From: Cyclobacteriaceae bacterium
GTDB taxonomy: Bacteria > Bacteroidota > Bacteroidia > Cytophagales > Cyclobacteriaceae
Direction of reading: 5' to 3'
Length of the DNA: 64,000 bases
Assembly (NCBI GenBank): GCA_023151255.1
Contig: JAKLJG010000013.1
Span: 1,990 to 65,989, forward strand
Part shown: positions 59,038 to 64,000 of the stretch, piece by piece
How positions within the stretch are numbered: position 1 is the stretch's first letter
How the letters are laid out: each line of letters opens with the position of its first letter
Program-made: the position numbers and the translations under genes
The notes under the pieces: model-generated
What the model saw: only the letters and a program-made list of their open reading frames with translations
Databases searched by the model: none
What the model was told of the DNA's origin: nothing

Positions 59038-59729
59038 ACGGATCCCGCATTAAACCGGTAACGGTAATCAGGTGTGCGCTGAATGAGGTTAAGGCCTATT
59101 TTGTTGGTCAGGTTTTGAATGTACATTTCTACTGACCCGTCAGCAATATAGTTTTCTGAGCCCCAAATGCTGCTCAGCAACTGGTTGGCGGCAATTTCCT
59201 TTCCGGGATTCTGTGCCAGAAAAAACAGCAGTTCGAACTCAGGGCGGCTCAGCTCCAGGCGCCTGTCGTTAATTAAAACCGTTTGCGATCGCCTGTTTAT
59301 AACCAGGTTACCGATTCGGAGTTCGGGAATGCTTTTGCGGATGGTAAATTTTTTGCGTAAAACAGTTGCCACCTTTTGTGTTAGCGCACGTAGGCCCATA
59401 ACCTTTTCAATATAGTCATCCCCTCCTGTATCCAATGCGGCCTGCTGATAATACCCTTCGGATTTGGCTGTGAGGAAAAAAATATACGTGTTGCGAAAGT
59501 CCGTCAGTTTCCGGATATCACGGCATAATTCAATTCCGTTTGGATGAGGCATCATGATATCCAGTATGATCAGATCCGGGTGAAAATCCAATGCGGTATC
59601 AATGGCTTTGGTACTGTCAGCTACCAGTTTTACTTTGTAGCCGTCCTTTTCAAGATTATAGCGCAACAGTTCCAGAATGTCCTGGTCATCATCCACTACC
59701 AGCAGGCGGTATTTTTTTTTCTTTCGCAT
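59034..59729 (-). CDS. OmpR/PhoB-family response regulator
   Basis: 231 aa with a receiver domain (LLVVDDDQDIL, DLIILDIMMP) and a winged-helix output domain. No histidine kinase gene is adjacent. Confidence 0.88.
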   Translation of the reverse strand: MRKKKKYRLLVVDDDQDILELLRYNLEKDGYKVKLVADSTKAIDTALDFHPDLIILDIMMPHPNGIELCRDIRKLTDFRNTYIFFLTAKSEGYYQQAALDTGGDDYIEKVMGLRALTQKVATVLRKKFTIRKSIPELRIGNLVINRRSQTVLINDRRLELSRPEFELLFFLAQNPGKEIAANQLLSSIWGSENYIADGSVEMYIQNLTNKIGLNLIQRTPDYRYRFNAGSV

Positions 59730-59807
59730 CCGATAAATGCGAAAGTATAATCATAACATTACCTGCAGATTATTGTTGAATTATGATGCTGTGAATGCGG
59801 GTACCAG

Positions 59808-60803
59808 CTACAACCGTACACCTCCCAATGTTAAGGCATGTTCAACAGCCTGGCGTGTAATGTCTGGATACGTTATCTCCACCGGTCGGTCCGATTCAAC
59901 CCATTCAATAATTTGCGGCAGCCGTTTCTTTTTTACATTCTTCAGCACCGGCACCCCTACTTCACGTAAGGCTTCGGCATTGTAATGTTGCTCGTACTGT
60001 TTTTTCATTGGTACAACCAGCAATTTTTTACCGAGGTACAATGCTTCGGCCGGTGTTTCAAAACCGGCACCGCAAAAAATTCCTTTGGCCGTTACCATGC
60101 TGGCCACAAACTCATCGTTATTAACCGGGTAAACCGATACCCGCCCGATGTGATATGGTTTATGGGCATGTTTGGAAAACACATGCCATCGTACATCCGG
60201 TATTTTTAACAATAGCACGACCAGTTTCCGGTCGTCATAAGCAGGCAGGTAAACCGTGTAATGGTCATTAACCCGTGCTTGCGCCTCCCGTATCTTCTTG
60301 CGGATAACAGGCGTGTAAATATTTTTATCGAAGCGGGCGAAATGAAAACCCACGGCATCATCCGAGGGAGCATAATTATTCAGTATCCAGTCGCCCAGCG
60401 GGTCGTAATGACGCGGCACAGGCACCTTTTTAGAGAGCAAGGCAGACTGGTGGCTTAACGCGATGCACGGGATTTTTTTCTTACGGGCAGACCATGCGGA
60501 TATTGGCTCAAAGTCGTTAATGATTAAATCGTATTTTTCAACCGGGAAACTCTTTATTTCCCTGAAGACAGCCTTGGAACTGTTCTGTTTAAAGGTTTTC
60601 AATATATCCACCCCGCCCTTTTTGCCAAAGTAAAAGCTCAGGCCTTTGGATTTATATTTAACCGGGTAAGGTAATTTGATGTCGGCCTGCGCCCCGCTTA
60701 CAAACAGGTCAAGTGATCCGTAATCGCGTAAAACAGGAACAACGTCTTCCGCGCGCGCAATATGTCCGTTTCCGGTTCCCTGGATGGCATACAGAATTTT
60801 CAC
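59808..60803 (-). CDS. glycosyltransferase (MJ1255/GT28-C-terminal-like)
   Basis: 331 aa with the N-terminal MKILYAIQGTGNGHIARA typical of this family. It overlaps the upstream gene by 4 nt. Confidence 0.7.
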   Translation of the reverse strand: MKILYAIQGTGNGHIARAEDVVPVLRDYGSLDLFVSGAQADIKLPYPVKYKSKGLSFYFGKKGGVDILKTFKQNSSKAVFREIKSFPVEKYDLIINDFEPISAWSARKKKIPCIALSHQSALLSKKVPVPRHYDPLGDWILNNYAPSDDAVGFHFARFDKNIYTPVIRKKIREAQARVNDHYTVYLPAYDDRKLVVLLLKIPDVRWHVFSKHAHKPYHIGRVSVYPVNNDEFVASMVTAKGIFCGAGFETPAEALYLGKKLLVVPMKKQYEQHYNAEALREVGVPVLKNVKKKRLPQIIEWVESDRPVEITYPDITRQAVEHALTLGGVRL

Positions 60804-61654
60804 TTGCGGGTGGTCAGAAATTCATTAACAAGGTCTTTGAAAATTTCGTCATTATCTAATTTATCGCGCAGGCGTTTTGGAAGTTTTACCGATTTGGCAT
60901 ACGTATCTTCACGGTAACGGTAAATGGTCCAGTCCGTTCCGTCATATTCAAGGGCGGTAAGGTTTTCAACCCAGTCGCCAGAATTGAGATAGGTTACCAT
61001 GCCTTTTTCATTTTCGATAATTTTTATTTCCGGCTGATGAATATGCCCGCAGATCACAAAATTGTAGCCGTTGGAGATGGCAATGTCGGCTGCGGTTTTT
61101 TCGAAGTCGTTAATGAATTTAACAGCCGTCTTCACACTGTCTTTCACCCGCTTGGATAATGAAATGCGTTCGCGTCCGAGTTTTTTCAGGCACCAGTTTA
61201 CAAATGTATTAATCAAAATCAGGGTGTCGTAACCAACGGCCCCCAGTTTGGCCAGCCACTTGGAGTATTTCATGGTTACGTCAAACACATCGCCATGAAA
61301 AACCCATGCCCGTTTGCCGTTCAGCTTCAGTACAACTTTGTTTTCAATCTGAAAAGACCCCAGCCTGAAGCCCGAAAACTTTCTTAGCATTTCATCGTGG
61401 TTGCCGGTAAGGTAAATGATTTTTGTGCCCTTGGCCAGCAAGCCTGTGATGTGTTTTACTACCTGCATGTGCGATTTAGGCCAGTAATGCTTGCTGAATT
61501 GCCACATGTCAATTATATCGCCATTCAGGATAAGTTTTTTGGGTTTTATGGTTTTCAGGTAGCGGAGAAGCTCTTCGGCATGGCAGCCGTAAGTGCCAAG
61601 GTGTATATCGGATAGAATTACAATTTCGGGCTTCCGCCTTTTGTGTTTACCCAT
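60800..61654 (-). CDS. LpxH/YbbF-like metallophosphoesterase (UDP-2,3-diacylglucosamine diphosphatase family)
   Basis: 284 aa with the metallophosphoesterase motifs SDIHLG, GDIIDMW, GNHD and GHIH. Confidence 0.75.
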   Translation of the reverse strand: MGKHKRRKPEIVILSDIHLGTYGCHAEELLRYLKTIKPKKLILNGDIIDMWQFSKHYWPKSHMQVVKHITGLLAKGTKIIYLTGNHDEMLRKFSGFRLGSFQIENKVVLKLNGKRAWVFHGDVFDVTMKYSKWLAKLGAVGYDTLILINTFVNWCLKKLGRERISLSKRVKDSVKTAVKFINDFEKTAADIAISNGYNFVICGHIHQPEIKIIENEKGMVTYLNSGDWVENLTALEYDGTDWTIYRYREDTYAKSVKLPKRLRDKLDNDEIFKDLVNEFLTTRK

Positions 61655-61668
61655 GATTTGATAAGAGG

Positions 61669-61698
61669 ATTCCCGAAGACCCGGGGGCCTTCAGGAAT
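61669..61698 (-). terminator. stem-loop between trmB and the LpxH-like gene (possible terminator or attenuator)
   Basis: The minus strand reads ATTCCTGAAG...CTTCGGGAAT, a 10-bp stem including one G.U pair, with a GC-rich 10-nt loop. The downstream tract is only weakly U-rich. Confidence 0.4.
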
Positions 61699-61783
61699 AC
61701 CTAAACCTATGAAGACGTTTTACCAGAACAAAAGTATGGCATCATTATTACCAGCCGGTCATTGCCGTATTATGGAATTGTTA

Positions 61784-62443
61784 TTAAACCTGCGCAAACC
61801 GGAAGCGAAGGTATTTGATTAATTCGCCTTTAGCCGTAAACTCTTCTTCGTATCTGGTTTTAATGTCATAGCATTCGAGGCGTAAATCAGATGCATACAG
61901 GTTGTGGGTAAAATCCAGATCGGTTATGTCGTTGCGTTCCTTCAGAACCTCAAGAGTATAATCGAACAAAATGGTATTATCGGTTTTTAACCGCACATAG
62001 CCCGAAGGTTTGAGCAACTTCTTATAAAAGTTTAGGAATCGCGGACTGGTAAGCCTGCGTTTAATGTCGCGTTTGCGTGGCCGCGGGTCGGGAAAGGTGA
62101 TCCAGATTTCATCCACTTCTCCCTGTTCGAAAAACGATTCGATAAGCAAAATCTGCGTTCGCAGAAAGGCTACATTACCCAGCCCTTGCTCAACGGCCCA
62201 GGTGCTTCCTTTCCATATCCTGTCGCCTTTAATGTCAACACCAATAAAATTTTTATCAGGAAACATCCGCGCCAGGTTTACTGAATACTCCCCTCTTCCG
62301 CAGGCCAGTTCAACCGTAATCGGATTTTTATTTCCGAAATGGGTGTGCCAGCTACCTTTTATAGTGTGGTAGTTTTCTTTGGAAGGTTCAATAACGTTTG
62401 ACCTTTCTTCAATAATCCGGAAGCGTTCTTTTTTCCGTTTCAT
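61784..62443 (-). CDS. trmB: tRNA (guanine46-N7)-methyltransferase
   Basis: 219 aa with a typical TrmB sequence (VELACGRGEY, WITFPDP). Its start overlaps the folC stop by 1 nt. Confidence 0.9.
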   Translation of the reverse strand: MKRKKERFRIIEERSNVIEPSKENYHTIKGSWHTHFGNKNPITVELACGRGEYSVNLARMFPDKNFIGVDIKGDRIWKGSTWAVEQGLGNVAFLRTQILLIESFFEQGEVDEIWITFPDPRPRKRDIKRRLTSPRFLNFYKKLLKPSGYVRLKTDNTILFDYTLEVLKERNDITDLDFTHNLYASDLRLECYDIKTRYEEEFTAKGELIKYLRFRFAQV

Positions 62444-63744
62444 TACAACTCATCAATTTCGGCTACAACAAAGGTACTTCCTCCTATAAAAATCAAATCA
62501 TCGGGAGTAGCCGCAGCCTTAGCTTGCGCAAGGGCCTGGTTCACATCAGGTACTACCGTTCCCTTAAGTCCGAATGCAGCGGCCTGACGCATCAGTTCAC
62601 CGGCCTCCATCGCGCGGGGTATTTTTGCCTGGCAAAAGAAATAGGTTGCTTCTTTTGGCAGCAGGCTTAACACTTTATCATGCTGTTTATCCTTAACCAT
62701 GCCCAACACCATATAAAGCAACTTGTACTCTTGCACCTTAATTTGTTGTATTACCTCACTTAATCCTTCGGCATTATGAGCTGTATCACAAATGATCAGC
62801 GGATTATTTCCGAGCATCTGCCATCGTCCTTTTAAATTGGTGTTGACAACTACCTTTTCAAGACCGCTGGCAATTTGTTCATCGGTTAAATTAAAACCTG
62901 TATGCTGTAATACATCCAGCGTTTTTAAAACACCGTAAAGATTTTTATGCTGGTAGTTTCCACCAAGTGGTAATTTAAGATGCTTAAACCGAAGCACTCC
63001 TTGCTGCAAGATATGGTAACCTGTTTCGTATTTTGATATCCGGTATTCATCCTGGGCAAAGTAGATGGCTGCATTGCATTCTTTTGCCTTAGATAAAAAA
63101 ACCGGAGTTGTTTCAACCTGGCGTTCGCTTATAACCACAGGGATAGTTGGCTTTATAATACCGGCTTTTTCGTAGGCAATCTGGCTTAGTGTTTCACCCA
63201 GCATATCGGTATGATCGTACCCGATGTTGGTTATCAAAGAAACTAACGGGGTAATTACATTCGTTGAATCAAGTCGCCCGCCCAACCCAACTTCAACAAC
63301 GGCAATATCCACCTGCTGATGGGCAAAGTAGTCGAAAGCCATGGCTACTGTGGTTTCAAAAAAAGAGGGCTTAACGCTATGGAGCACAGCCTCCATCCGG
63401 TTTACAAAATCAAGAACAAACTCCTGTGCCACTTCTTTACCGTTAACCCGGATGCGCTCGGTGAACGACTTTAAATGTGGTGATGTGTACAAACCGGTTT
63501 TGTAACCCGCTTCCTGTAAAACTGAGGCAATCATGTGCGAACTGGAGCCCTTTCCATTGGTTCCGGCAACATGTACGGATTTAAACCTATTCTGTGGATT
63601 ACCAAGTGCCTCGCACAGTGCCAGTGTATTGGTCAAATCTTTTTTATAGGCAACAGCGCCAACACGCTGATACATGGGCAGCGTGGCATACAGAAAGTCA
63701 ATTGCCTCGTTAAAAGTGGTAATCATACCGGTAACCGGCCGCAA
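62443..63744 (-). CDS. folC: bifunctional folylpolyglutamate synthase / dihydrofolate synthase
   Basis: 433 aa with a P-loop (VAGTNGKGS) and Mur-ligase-family blocks. Confidence 0.9.
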   Translation of the reverse strand: MRPVTGMITTFNEAIDFLYATLPMYQRVGAVAYKKDLTNTLALCEALGNPQNRFKSVHVAGTNGKGSSSHMIASVLQEAGYKTGLYTSPHLKSFTERIRVNGKEVAQEFVLDFVNRMEAVLHSVKPSFFETTVAMAFDYFAHQQVDIAVVEVGLGGRLDSTNVITPLVSLITNIGYDHTDMLGETLSQIAYEKAGIIKPTIPVVISERQVETTPVFLSKAKECNAAIYFAQDEYRISKYETGYHILQQGVLRFKHLKLPLGGNYQHKNLYGVLKTLDVLQHTGFNLTDEQIASGLEKVVVNTNLKGRWQMLGNNPLIICDTAHNAEGLSEVIQQIKVQEYKLLYMVLGMVKDKQHDKVLSLLPKEATYFFCQAKIPRAMEAGELMRQAAAFGLKGTVVPDVNQALAQAKAAATPDDLIFIGGSTFVVAEIDEL

Positions 63745-63817
63745 ATCTGAAGGCTAATTTGCATTTAAGCAAACTGTTGTAAAACTGATCGATTGATCTA
63801 TGACACTATTAATGCTG

Positions 63818-64000
63818 TTAATTCAACTTTAATCCGCCTGTATTAACCTGTACTTTCAAATCATGAAGAATGTTGTATAACCCGAAGTATGTTCGGTTAA
63901 TATACAAGGCATCGCGAACACCGCGGGGCTTTTTCGATTCACGGAGTTCTTTCATTTTTGATAATCGTTCCCCAAAGGCAAACAATTCATCAAAATATGC
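63818..64000 (-). CDS. C-terminal fragment of an ABC1/UbiB-family kinase-like protein (5' part beyond the window)
   Basis: Hand translation in frame to the window edge gives AYFDELFAFGERLSKMKELRESKKPRGVRDALYINRTYFGLYNILHDLKVQVNTGGLKLN*. The family call is by eye from the RTYFGLYNILH tail. Confidence 0.5.
   Translation of the reverse strand, partial: AYFDELFAFGERLSKMKELRESKKPRGVRDALYINRTYFGLYNILHDLKVQVNTGGLKLN

Noticed and set aside
59034-59729. Orphan OmpR-family response regulator as an unusual feature.
   Set aside because: Orphan response regulators are common, and nothing in the sequence marks this one as atypical (the receiver Asp pocket is intact).

Overview
This 64-kb window looks like core chromosome from a Bacteroidota genome (Cytophagia/Sphingobacteriia-like). 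Supporting signs are TTTG-N17/19-TAnnTTTG promoters with very short leaders, a T9SS-type C-terminal sorting tail on a subtilase, and many exported TPR, beta-barrel and lipoprotein genes. I call about 58 protein-coding genes, one tRNA-Asp(GUC), two genes that look broken by single-base frameshifts, and several clean rho-independent terminators. Recognisable housekeeping genes are ggt (partial), accA, hutU, tyrS, a beta-carbonic anhydrase with a SulP transporter, an S41 tail-specific protease, gyrA, rpe, trmB and folC. There is also an NHEJ pair (ligD and ku), a GH127/galM sugar operon, an HDAC-like gene, a rhodanese and a cardiolipin-synthase-like PLD. I saw no rRNA, CRISPR array, integrase, transposase, phage genes or large ATPase/helicase/nuclease cluster, so I cannot honestly claim a multi-gene defence or mobile system. 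The best novelty candidates are listed here. (1) A ~66% GC, hairpin-dense element of about 130-170 nt in an AT-rich gap (40155-40329) that I cannot assign to any RNA family. (2) A translationally coupled pair of tiny genes (82 and 75 aa) preceded by two TGTG-N8-CACA palindromes spaced 52 bp apart. (3) A split NHEJ locus: ligD sits 3 nt behind an MFS transporter, and ku is followed by a cytoplasmic TPR protein. (4) An exported TPR-caspase placed behind a beta-barrel OMP. (5) An FGE-fold domain lacking the catalytic Cys pair, fused to a large GH-like region in the GH127 operon. (6) A TrpF-like protein in which both catalytic positions appear substituted. All functional calls rest on by-eye motif recognition; no database search was run.
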